NCBI GenBank assembly: GCA_043228905.1
Contig: JBHGNT010000005.1
Location: 14,942,001 to 15,006,000, forward strand
Length of the DNA stretch: 64,000 bases
Direction of reading: 5' to 3'
Source: Azolla caroliniana
Lineage: Eukaryota; Plantae; Polypodiophyta
Each line of letters opens with the position of its first letter. Within the stretch, counting starts at the first letter, position 1. A model generated the notes under the pieces. The model saw only the letters and a list, made by a program, of their open reading frames with translations. It had not been told where the DNA came from and did no database searches. A program made the position numbers and the translations under genes. Of this stretch, positions 44,865 to 56,889 are shown piece by piece.

Positions 44865-47690
44865 TTATTCCTCGTTTACCGGTTCATCCTCCGCCTCGGG
44901 CTGCTCGTCGTCGCTGTCCATGCCCCCTAGCTCCGGCTCCCCATCGTGCCATTTCTTGAACGCTTTGATCCTCTTCCCCGCTACCGGTATCGCCATCCCA
45001 TTGCCGTTGGCGCCTGTTACTACGTAAGGCCCGAACCACCTCCTCGCAAACTTCCGCGTGGCCCTGTGTTGATTGTCGAGGCTGCTGTCGTAGACTAGCA
45101 CCCAGTCGCCTTCCTCGATCTTCCTTGGCCTGGACCGGTGTGTTCGGTCGAACCGGGCTTTGTTCCTTATCCTCGCTACTCGAAGTTTCTCTGCGGCTCG
45201 CTCTACGTCCTCCAGCCTCCGCTCGAGCTGTCGAATCCGCGCCGCCAACAATTCCTCCCGGCTCATCTCATCCCTCCAGTCCACCGTGGCCCACGAGGAG
45301 ATCGTTCGCTCTATTGGCATGATCGGCTTCTGTCCGAACATCAGCTCGGTCGGCATGAACCCGGTTACCGAACTGTGCGTAGTCCGGTCCGCCCACAAGG
45401 CATAAGGTAGCAGCCGTGGCCAGTCCCCGACTCAGCCTCCGCACGCTCGTACTAGCGCATTGACAATTGGCCCGTGTCCGCGCTCCACCTTCCCGTTCGC
45501 CTCCGGATTGTACGCTGTGGTGAGCGAAATTTTGACTCCTAGCCAGCCGAACAGCTCTTCAGCCTCTTCTACGTCCAGCTCACCACGGTCAGCCACACTC
45601 TTCCCTACGCACCCGTATCGGCATACTACGTCCTCAATCAAAAACCGGCACACGGCTGCCGTCGTCTTGTTCTGCAGGGCTCGACCTTCAACCTGGTTCG
45701 TTAGATCTTCCCGAGCCAGCACCAGATACCGCATCTGTCCTACCCCCATTGGCATCGTCACCAAATCCACCATCCACTTGAAGTGGACGGGCGGAGGGTA
45801 GGTCGGGTGAAGCTCGTCCCGATGTCGGATCATGGAGTGCACCTGACAGCTTTCGCAAGTCTTCACGAACCGATGCACGTCCCAGTATAGTCCCGGCCAC
45901 CAGTACTTCCCCTTTAGCTTTTCGAACGTGGCCCACGTTCCACGGTGTCCAGCCCACGGGCTATCGTGGTACGCCGCCAGCAAATCCTCTTGTTCCTCCT
46001 TCTTTGCCACCACTCGGAGCGGGATGCCGTTCCTCTTCTTCGGGTGCTTCCATATGTATCTGTCTCGGAGAAAGAATCGGTAGGATTTCTTCCGAATCCG
46101 GTTGGCCTCATCCGTTGTCCATGCCGCGTCCGACGTCATTGTTTTCAGGAACCCGCCGATCTGCAGCCACTCCCCGTCGTACTTGCTCTCGTCGAAATCG
46201 TTAAGCGTTGGAGAGCATACCCTGCCGGTTGTCATGTTAGCCGCCTCGAAGAAGTCCACGCCGACTTCCTTGTCTTCGGAAACCATGCCGCCGTCATTTT
46301 CGAACCTCGCCCTTGAAAGCATGTCGGCCATGGAGTTGTCTTTCCCGGAAATGTGTCGTATTTCTGGATTCAGGGACTTGATGTACGCTATCCACCTGAG
46401 CATTGCCAGGTCCGGCGTCACGCATCCGGAAACCATGCCAAGGATCGGTAGGCAGTCCGTTTCGATAATTACCTCTGCCCCGATCAGGTAGTCTTTATCG
46501 GCCTTTACCGCCGAAACGATACCCCAGAGCTCGCGTTTAACCTGGGCGTATCCTCGCTGTCGCTCGCTGAGGACCTTCGCGCCGAACCGGATCGGGGAAC
46601 GCATGCCGTTTTCGTCCTCTTGGTTGACGACCCATCCGATCCCGATCGGACTCGTGTCTACCGTTATGTAAATTGGAGTGCTCTTTCCGTAGACAGCCTT
46701 CCGGAGCACCGGAGCCGCGGCAAGTGCTTCCGTCATCTTCCGGACAGACTCCGTATGCTCACCTCTCCACTCAAATTTTCGCCCCTTTTTCAGCAACCCG
46801 TACAATGGCTCCGCGATGTGAGCGTAATGCGGGATCCATATGTGGTAGAACTCGCACGCTCCCAAGAACCTCTGAACCTCCGTGACCAAGCTACTGTCGT
46901 TCTTCATTGCAGAGATGGCTTCTACCTTAGCTGGAGACGGTTTCCGGCCATACGACCCGCATAGGTGTCCGACGACCATGATCTGTGATTGCCCGAAGGC
47001 CGACTTTCCCCCGGAGAAGGTGAGCCTCGTGCTCTCCAACCTCTGCAGCACCTTCTCGCAGTCATCGATGTGCGTCGCCACGAATTTCCGGCATCCGTCA
47101 GGTCCGATCGTCTCGTCCTTTTCCTCCACCGCGCATCCCTTGATCGGGACGTCGTCCAAAAACGGCATGGTGATGTCCGGGATACAATCCCTTAGCACTT
47201 TGTTCATTGCGTTCACCATGTGAGCCACCGAGTTCGTCCCTCCTTGCGGCAGGGTACACATCCGTACTAGGCCGAGAGGAGTTCGCATTGTCGTGATGTC
47301 TCTGCTCTCTAAGGCAAGCTGGAACTGATCGTACCCCGAGTAGAGATCACCGACCAAGTAAATCGACCTTCTGGCGAAGGCCTCCGTGAACTCATCTATT
47401 GTCGGTCCAATTCCCGCGTTTCGAATGGTCACCTTGTTGACCGGCTGCAGGTCTTGAATAAAGCACAGCGTGCCGTCCTTCTTCGGCACGGTAAACCACC
47501 GATTCGAGTATGGAGCACTCGACAGTTCGAGGATTCCCATCTCGACCTTTTTCTTTAACAGCTCCATTAGCTTCGGGATGTGAGCTTTGGGTACTGGAAT
47601 TGGTTTGAGACTCCACGGCACATGCGGTACCGTGAATATCACCATCGGTTCCACGACTGTCGAGTCTACGCACCCGATCTCCTCCGGTGA
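44865..47690 (-). pseudogene. pol: pol (RT-RNaseH-INT), N-terminally deleted, stop at 45432
   Basis: ORFs 45432-47654 and 44865-45398 are collinear with pol 30371-33811. Confidence 0.93.
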
Positions 47691-49071
47691 GGTTGCTGGT
47701 TACAACGGCCTCATTCCGTCTTTGCCCGAATCGAGTCTCATATCGCTGCGAGGGCCCGACCCCTCCGATTTTCCCTACTCGCTTGTCCTCCACCAGAGCC
47801 TCGTAGTTTTGACAAGCGGCTTCGACGAAGCCCGTCTTTTCTTCCACCGGGTCACTCCACCCGGTTACCTCCCGGACCCGTTTTTCTGCGCGGTCCACCT
47901 CTTCTTTCCTTAGCCGTGCGCCGGCGAGGCCTTCCAGCATCGTCGGCCAGAACCCAGCTTTGTTCGTCTTCGGGGCCTCGCCACCTCCGACCCGAATACC
48001 AGCTGACGCCAAGTAGTGGACGGTCTCCGCGTGACGAGCCGCCGCCTCCTCCATCAGCCTTTTCATACCCCCTCGCCCGACGTTCAGGTTCAGGGCCCTT
48101 CGGGTCTCGTTGGCGTGCAACCGACCGTTCCACAGGTACACCATGTTGCTTCTCAACGCCTCGGCGAAGTCCCCGCAGTCCTTTCGGATGTGCCCAACTG
48201 CGTCACACCACATGCACCTGTTTTTAGCCAGAAGTCGTCGGTCACAGGCCTGTTCGCCACCATCCCTCCGTGCCTGGGCGATCTGGAGATCCTTTACCAT
48301 CCGCGTAAGCTCCTCCAGAGCTTCTCCCCCGGACGAGCCCTTGACCATGCCGGTTGAAGCCGATCCGGTCTCGAGCCAATGTCGGGTCTCTTCCCTTCGC
48401 GTTGGTGGTGTTGGCTCAAGCTTCCTTGCTGCGATAGAGCCCACCCCTGTCGATCCTTTGTCAACCCATTCCCGCCGTTTGTCGAAACGGCCACAGACCC
48501 TTTTCACCATGGCCCAGTCAGCCGTCAGCCTGTCATCAATCTCCAATAGGAGGCCTACCTGCTCCCGATCCCGCTCGTCAACCGACTTAACAAACAATAG
48601 GACACGGCTTGTGTCCAGAACGACCCGATCAAGCACCGAGAGGCGCGCGAAGCGTTCCTCAAACTCCCGAAGGAGCACTGACGCGTTCCTTCCTTTGTCG
48701 GGGGTCTCCACCCACTCCATGAAGTCCCGCTTTGAAAGTCGAAGCGCATCTTCAAGCTCGTATCTTTCGAGGAGCCGACCTTCGAACTCCTCCCAGGTCT
48801 GGCTCTCAGCCCGTACCTCGAGCACCTCCGTATGGATGCCCGACATCGCCACTCGAGGGAATCCGGCCAGACGCCTCTCTTCCGGAATGTCCCTCATTAC
48901 CATCTCAGCCCGGTAGGACGCCAAGTAGCTCGTGGCATCCTTCCCACTAAACCGGCCGATCGTACCGACAACCGCGTCGATAGCCCTATCAAGGGCACCG
49001 GAGCCTTCGCGAGCACTCACTATACGGTCCACAGCCGAAGCCATGGCTTTTGCAAGGTCCGACCCCCTCAT
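47691..49071 (-). pseudogene. gag: gag, truncated before the protease
   Basis: MRGSDLAKAMASAVDRI...CMWCDAVGHIRKDC; homology to element 1 ends after RRNEA. Confidence 0.92.
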
Positions 49072-49825
49072 CTTCTACTCCTCTGCCGCCTGTTCACGTC
49101 GGGTTCACCAAATATGTCGCGTTGTTACGCGCGTGCGTGGAGAACAAGGCGGGACCACTGGGGTCTTGGACCGAGGAATAGGTGAGGAAAAGAGAGAGAG
49201 AGACGCTCACTCACGTATAGACAAAGAAGTGCACGGGGACGCGTCACAACAACACAGGAGACGCGAGTTGAGAACACTAGAGTGTGTATGTAAATATAAG
49301 CATGTATTTGTATGTATGCAGACGACAAGAACGGTTACAGCTGACCAAGTCGGCGAGGTGGGTGCCGACGCCTGATCACCCACGCACACAAGAGAGCAAG
49401 ATGGAGATTCTGCCGGAAGCACACAAGCGTTCCACAGAGCAGAATCAGCCTCCTGAGAGCCTGCGCAAAAGAAAGCTATGGAGAACGACAGAGAAGAAGA
49501 GCTTGGTCCCAGTCTGACAGCACTTCGTTCCCTCTAGCGTGCGATGTCCCCTCTCCCCCGTCTCCCTCTCTTTTATAGCTCAAGGAGGGAGGCCGTTTCA
49601 CTCGTTTACATCACATTAATTCTCTGTCCTTTCGGACAGAGATACTCCTCGATTTACCTTATAGAATATTGCTACCTAGGATTTAACCCTTGTGCCTACC
49701 TATCTACTATACGACAAGGGACATGCCCACGTGTAAGGGCCGGTTCACACACACTATACACGATTTGTGCCTGGGGACGGTTTTCTTCATGACACCGTTT
49801 CAATCCGCCTTTCCGCATGCCAAAG

Positions 49826-51060
49826 TTAGCTTATTAGCTACCTCCGAATATGACCATACCATAATAACTAATTACCTACCTTAGAATATGACCATAGCTA
49901 ACTAGCTACCATAATAGCTAATTAGCTACCGAGGAATATGACCATAGCTAACTAGCTACCCGTAATAGCTAATTAGTTACCAAAATAGCTAATTAGCTAC
50001 CTCAGAATATGATGACCATAGCTAACTAGCTACTAGTAATAACTTAATAGTGATTGCCAAAAGCTAATTTAGTTATTATCAGCTAATTCGCTACCAGAAT
50101 AGTTAATTCGCTACCTAAGAAATTTCGAACATAGCTATTTAGCTACCATAATAGCTAATTAGTTACAAATCATAGCTATTTAGCTACCACAATAGGTAAT
50201 TAGCTGCCTATGACAATAGCTAATTAGTTGCTTATGACTATAGCTGATTAGCTACCAAAATAGCTAATCCCCTACCAGAATAACTAATTAGCTACCTAAG
50301 AATATGAGCATAGCTATTTAGCTACCAGAATAGCTAATTAGCTACTTAAGAATATGAGCATAACTATTTAGCTACCAGAACAGCTAATTAATTGTGTATG
50401 ACTATAGCTAATTAGCTACCAAAATAGCTAACTAGTTATTCCTAATAGCTAATTTAGTTATTACCAGCTAATTAGTTACTAGGATAGCTAATTAGTTGCC
50501 TCTGACTATAGTTATTTAGCTAGCAGAATAGCTAATTAGCTACCTAAGAATATGAGCATAGCTATTTAGCTACTAGAATAACTAATTAGCTGTGTATGTC
50601 TAGGTAATTAGCTACCAGAATAACTAACGAGCTAATTAGCTGCATATGACTATAGCTAATTAGCTACCTGGATAGTTAACTAACTATTCCCAATAGCTAA
50701 TTTAGCTATTACCAACTAGTTAGTTGCTAGGACAGCTAATTAGCTACCAATCATAGTTATTTAGCTACAAGAATAGCTAATTAGTTTCCTATGATTATAG
50801 CTAATTAGCTACTAGAATAGCTAACTAACTATTCCCAATCGCTAATTAGTTATTACCAACTAATTTAGCTACTACCAGATGTTTAGCTGCCAAGATAACT
50901 AATTAGCAACTAGAATAGCTAATTAGCTACCAAAATAGCTAATTAGCTGCCTATGACTATAGTTAATTAGCTACCAAAATAGCTAATTAGCTGCCTATGA
51001 CTATAGCTAATTAGCTACCAATCATAGCTATTTAGCTACTAGAATAGCTTATTAGTTGTT
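49826..51060. repeat. array of palindromic TAGCTAATTAGCTA units with short variable spacers
   Basis: Directly visible, dozens of copies. Confidence 0.95.
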
Positions 51061-51134
51061 ATAACAGGTTTGGAGCATATCTAATCAGCTAATCAATATG
51101 TCCATTTTATTACACTGGTCAATTTATTTATTAG

Positions 51135-52944
51135 GTTCAGGCGAATGCATCCAAATATCAAAGTTCAACTACAAGCATTCAAGTCTCTTAAGCCACGCTT
51201 TGTGAGACACTTGAAGGATTGATACATATGTTGTTGCATTTACCATGTACAAATGGGTTTTCTCAAGGACTCTATTAATTTACTACGTCACCATAGCGCC
51301 TCCCTAACTAATGTAGTTTGTAGTTGTGAGTGCCCAATTTGTCGATCAAGCATGCAAGAGCACTGTAAATCATCTGAGCATGTTATCTCTTCCATGAGTT
51401 GCTTTTTAGATTCAGTATTGTGTCCAAGAGAAATTGAGGCTATCTTCCACAGTCATAAATGTGTCATGGGTTTATGTCAAGATTGTGGCCCTAGTAGATT
51501 TAGGTGGTGTCCAAATGAATTGAGTAGTGAAATATTAATCTCTGTCATGTTATTTGAATCAGTTGACACCGATTTCGAAGAAAAGGTGTGTAAAAGAAAG
51601 GAGCTAGTTAGGAAGTTGCTTAAACCAAGGGATTTGGCGTCTCTAGGAAAGTTCATTAAACACAACTTCATTTATTCATGGCAAGCCCATCAATTTAAGA
51701 CTTGCAGATCTGATTTTCCAAATGATGTAGTAGCCTCAGTAGTAGATTTCGTAGAGAATTATACTTTCAAGCAGCAGAATGAAATTCAATCTATGCATTG
51801 GTGTTCAGCGCAAGTAATCATTTTTTTGCACATAACATATTTTCGAGTTTTAGGTGATGTTAAAAAAGTAATTCATTTTTTTATTTCAGATGATAAGAAG
51901 CATGATACCTTGTTCGTCCAACATTGTTTTAACTTACATTGGCAATGGTTATTAGCTAAACGTTTGGAGCTTACTCAACATTGGGCTTGGTTTGATGGAG
52001 CTGCGTCACAATTCAAGGCTAGACATCCATTTTATTTTGTGGGGAGGTATCCTGCTATAACAGGTTTGGAGATGAGATGGAATTTTTTTGGGTCTGGCCA
52101 TGGTAAAGGTGAACATGATGGCGCAAGTGCTGTTATAAAGCGGGCACTTACCCATGAACAACTAAAGCCAGATGGTTTGCAGATGAATTGTGCAGCACAT
52201 GTAGTTGAATTTTTAAGAGCTAATACGTCAACGAGTGCAACTAGTGTTTATTCCTCGCAGGTATGAGATATCAAACTTGAATTTTGGGAAGTGAAGATAG
52301 ATGAAGTTAATAGGGAGAAGTCTTGGGAGTGTCAAGGAATTCCCGAATTGCGATCTCTCCATGTTGTTCGCGGTTATTCTAAGTTGGATGGTCATTGTAT
52401 TGCTGTTAGAGAATTAACTTGTTGTTGCTTCCATTGTGTGTAGGGAAATTGGAGGTATTGTTTAAACAAAGCATATATTCAGAATTGGGAGTATCATACA
52501 TTGAACGATAAGGAAGTAGTTGATGGAGAAACAGAAAAGAATGATGACTTCACATATCAAGGACGTGGAGATACTTTGAGTGATGTCTTAAATGTTGGGG
52601 ATAATTTCGCTGTTAATGCAGAAGAAGGCAATTTAGAGGGTGTTGATTTCTATATATTGAAGTCCACGGTTAGTAAACAGTGTGCAACGCAGAATATTGT
52701 AGATGCTTGGGGAAATGTTGTATCTATCGGGACATTCCACATCGAAAGTATTTTTTATGCAATACTAGATGATTACGATTATGTGTATAGGCTATTAGAA
52801 GACAAACCAGTGGCGTACATGTACTCTCATTTGGTCAGGTGCATCAACGTCCCAATGTCGCAATACAATAGCTGCTCAGGTTAATACACAGTTAATGCTA
52901 ATGTGTATGAATGTATTTACAACAGTATGCCATGGAATTTGTAG
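51135..52944 (+). pseudogene. Sola2-like DDD transposase, last exon, four in-frame stops and no frameshift
   Basis: After acceptor TTAG at 51134: FKSLKPRFV..CCCIYH, Cys-rich region, VVDFVENY..QNEIQSMHW, ISDDKKHD, WFDGAASQFK, WNFFGSGHGKGEHDGASAVIKR, RELTCCCFHC. Stops at 51220, 52264, 52441 and 52882. The superfamily assignment rests on recalled motifs. Confidence 0.75.
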
Positions 52945-53340
52945 CTACAAGTAGCAATTACCAGTTTTCTTATAAAACAAACAAAGCACATGTACTGCAA
53001 ATAAACAATTAAATAAATTCGTTTGGGAGTTTTTTTTTATATACAGTCTACTTTTTGTGCTTCTTTCTCAATAAAATCATGTGCCTTTTTTATATACAGT
53101 CTTCTTTTTGTTCTTCTTTCTTAAAAACCAGTTTAATAATATCGTTTAGGGTTCTTCTTTCTAATATACAGATTTACTCAAGTGAACCATGTACAAGTTA
53201 AAATAGTTTGCATAATTTAAGAAAAAACACTATCATGAAATTAGCAGTTCTGAACATACTCTTAAAATTACACAGTAGATAAGTTACTCAAAACAAGCAA
53301 TTTAATTCTTCATTGATTAATCTGTGATCAAATTACATAT

Positions 53341-54069
53341 TCATAACATCCCATTGGCAATGTCTACAAATCGCCTATAAACAGCTAAGGTCTTGCTGGT
53401 CAGTAGAACTTCTCTACATATATAATCTGCATACCAAGCTTGGTATGGAGTCCACAACCATGTAGTTAGTTGGCAGCTCAATGTTTTCACCAAGTAGTGT
53501 TCAACCATTTCCTCGGGTAGAATGAGACAACATCTGCGTATGTTGAAGTAATGCCAGAAATGTTCTGTATTCAGAATCAATGTATTCTCGGCATTATAAT
53601 CTGGCCACGTAGCCCAAAAATCAGAAAGTCTTTTGAATCTTGCAACATCCTTCTACTCACAATTCTCTCGTGTCCACTGACCCTTGAAATGTTGTCGCCA
53701 ATTTAGGAAGAATCTTTCTACACACTTCCTCACATCTGTACGTAGTTTTTCACTCCAAATAAACAAATCAAAGTATTGCACAACCCACTCTAGAAATTGA
53801 TTTGTGTCCCTCCTTGGTGTCATATATCGCACACTCATCAGGACTTTATCAAGCTCCAAGATCAAGGCTCTTCTTTCGACTTCTAATGGTTTAGGTTTCC
53901 ATTCCTATAAATGAGCCTCTGTTACACCAATTACTGGTAGCACACGATCAATTTCAATCAACTCAGGTTTTGTCGGCACAATTGGTGTCCTTTTCCTCTT
54001 CAAACCCCTGGTCGACTGTGTTGGGCGTGACTTCACATTCTGGTGCTCTTGTGTTGTCGACTTAGTCAT
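53341..54069 (-). pseudogene. accessory ORF B of unknown function (242 codons, two in-frame stops)
   Basis: MTKSTTQ..GLKRKRTP (NLS-like) continues in one frame through track ORFs 53653-53865 and 53341-53580; Trp/aromatic-rich and globular-looking. Confidence 0.6.
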
Positions 54070-54257
54070 TGGCTCGGTGCATGAACAACATGAACATAAT
54101 TATCTTGGAGAAACATCATAGAGTTCCATTACATAATGTGGATCAAGCAACAACCAATTTGAGGTTTTACTTGTCCAAATAGATCATAGTAAAACTTCAT
54201 AAAACCCTAGGAAAATCTCTAACAATCATATCCCACTAATAAGTATTTCGCTCCAAT

Positions 54258-56889
54258 TCAAGAGCCCCTTGACCGAGTAACTGGTCTTGTCCCCAATCGT
54301 TGCACTTTCTTCAGCCTTTTTCTAACTTGTTGCCCATTTAGCCTTGCTTCTTTGACCCATTGCGCAAGTGTGTCCAGTACAGTGGGATATGTTTGGAGAT
54401 TATCAGTAGTTGGGCTCAGTGGGGTGGAATCAAGGTTTTGGGATTCGAAGAAATGTTGCATCAAGTGTTCAAAAACAATATTGTTGTGAACCTTAGATTT
54501 ACATGTTGTTTCCAATATTTCATGGCTTTCCACATCGTTGCCTAATTCAGTACCATCTTCCAAAAGAATAAGGTGGAGCTGATATGAAGGAGATGTGATA
54601 GCAGGACTCTTACTTTCAACCACGTTGGCAACTATCTCCTCATCGGTTGCAACATCATCAACACCAGATACCCCATGAGCCCTCCTTAATCCAGAAGATT
54701 CTACGACAACATGGTCGCTAATTAGCTACATCTTAGCTAACTCGCTATTCTTCTACACTAATTAGCTACTTCGCTTAGGTATGGTACTAGCTAATTAGCT
54801 ACCACTTAGCTAATTAGCTACTCTTTGTCAATATGGTGGCAACTAATTACCTACTCTACTAAAGTATGGTAGTAGCTAATTAGCTACCAATTAGCTAATT
54901 AGCTACTCAACTAAAGTATAGTACTAGCTAATTTGCCACTATAACTAAAGTATGGTAGTAGCTAATTAGCTACTCAGCTAAAGTATGGTAGTAGCTAATT
55001 AGCTAAGTGGTAGATAATTAGCTATTGTACTAAACTATGGTAGTGGCTAATTAGACCACTGAACTAATTAGCTAATGTACTAAAGTATGATAGTAGCTAA
55101 TTAGCCACTATAACTAAAGTATGGTAGTAACTAATTAGCTACAACTTAGCTAATTAGCTACTGTACTAAACTATGGTAGTAGCTAAATAACTACCACTTA
55201 CCTAATTAGTTACTTAGTTAAAGTATGGTAGTAGCTAATTAGCTATTGTACTAAACTATGGTAGTAGCTAATTAGCTAACACTTAGCTAATTAGTTACTC
55301 AATTAAAGTATGGTAGTAGCTAATTAGCTACTCAGCTAACGTATGGTAGTAGCTAATTAGCTACTCAGCTAACGTATGGTAGTAGCTAATTTGTAGTCGA
55401 ATTTTCCGTTGGGGATCCAACGACCCCTCAATTTCAAGCTCATGTTGAGCAACCTGTTCCAGATAATGCCTCAGTAGCACATTTTCATGTACAAGTTGTT
55501 TATAACATATTACATACTAGCAAAACAATAGGTACCTAAATCTTATTTCTGATTGTTGTAACTGCCAAAGTGACTTTGCTCTCCATTGCAGAAGCCAATG
55601 TTGCTTTCTCTAAATCAGTCTTAAAAAACTCCAATGTCTCACAGGCTTCATGCACATTTTTTAGCATATAGCTAATCAATGTCTCACTTGTATCATCGAC
55701 ATTGGCTTTCATTGTGTGTCGGTGTGGCGTATACTTGTGGGTTTGTTGGGAGTCGGTAGTTGCATCATCAACTGCCATGCTCCAAAATCTTGCCATTTTT
55801 TGTTGCAAGCTCCCCATCTTCCGACATCTTTCTACCGATGCCTCACCATAAATTGCCCAAGCTACCTTGTACATTTCAGGGTCACGAGATTCCTTCGTTG
55901 TTTTGCAATATTCGTATGCAAAAGCTCTGGCAAATGAAACGGACAACTCATTGTTGACCGGGATCTCTTGATGTACTTCCTGGTGCAGTCTCATGCAGTC
56001 GTCGTACAGGTATAGTCGTACATGCTTGAGCTTGACCTTGCCTTTCACTCTAGGCATTTTATATACTGACATCCAGTCTACATCACTAATCAATCTATCT
56101 GTTAGAACAATAGGGTCAATACCCTCGAGCGACAGACCATATATGTTGTGGAAGTCCTTATTTGTCTTGCAAATTTTTGCGAAGTTCAACACTCTAGGAT
56201 AGGGAGGAACGAGCACTTGAAATAGAAAATCAGTAATTAGAATTGGTGCAAAAACAGAATTTTTAATGTCAATTTGGTGCAAAATTACAACACTTTGAGA
56301 TAGTAATCTGAAATTTGTAATCTGTCCTTTTCAACATGTATAAGAAATCAACCACTTGAAAAATCAAAAACCCTAATCCGAATTTGTCATGAGAATTGGT
56401 GCAAATTTACAACACATTGCGACAGTAATTTGAAATTTGTAATCGGAAATTTGTAATTAGAAATTTGTAACCAGAAACTTGTAATCTCAAATTTGTAATT
56501 AGAAATCGTAAACCACTTAAGGAAAACACAAAGAAACACACCTGCTACTACACCCCGATCTTCGAGACATCCTTGTTTGGGACTCCAACGACTTCGCCCT
56601 ATTCGATTTCTGGGAAAGATGAACAGGCACCAAAGTTACAGACAGTTATCTGAAAGGAAAAATAAATAAAAATAAATATGTAACTAATACATACCTGGAC
56701 GAGCATCGAATTGATCGTGTGTTGTAGCTCTAAAGATGCAATGTTGATCTCAAAGTTTGTGCTGCTACAGGAGCTTCGTCTCCGTTCGTGCTCAAAGTAC
56801 TCCATCTGTTTGGAGTTCGAACTCAAACTCAAGATTATCAGGAATTTGATGACATTCAAGTCGACCTTGATGATGGCATTATTCCCCAA
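54258..56889 (-). pseudogene. accessory multi-exon gene A of unknown function
   Basis: Exon-like blocks at about 56889-56695, 56640-56542, 56217-55536, 55453-55393 and 54700-54258 with GT/AG borders; main exon VLVPPYPRV..LHQEVHQEIP..SFARAFAYEY..VAWAIYGE. Confidence 0.5.
54717..55392. repeat. second TAGCTAATTAGCTA array (unit context GTATGGTAGTAGCTAATTAGCTAC)
   Basis: Directly visible. Confidence 0.95.

Larger units (their letters stand above)
44107..49794 (-). mobile_element. second Trp-primed gypsy element, internally deleted, TSD CCGT
   Basis: LTRs at 49115-49794 and 44107-44788; CCGT at 44103-44106 and 49795-49798; PBS 49093-49110; gag and pol closely similar to the 27482 element. Confidence 0.96.

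Noticed and set aside
49093-49110. 18-nt perfect tRNA-Trp 3' end including CCA
   Set aside because: It is the PBS of the minus-strand element, not a tRNA gene.
49826-51060. Repeat-spacer appearance suggesting CRISPR
   Set aside because: Spacers are short and themselves repeated, there are no cas genes, and the context is eukaryotic.
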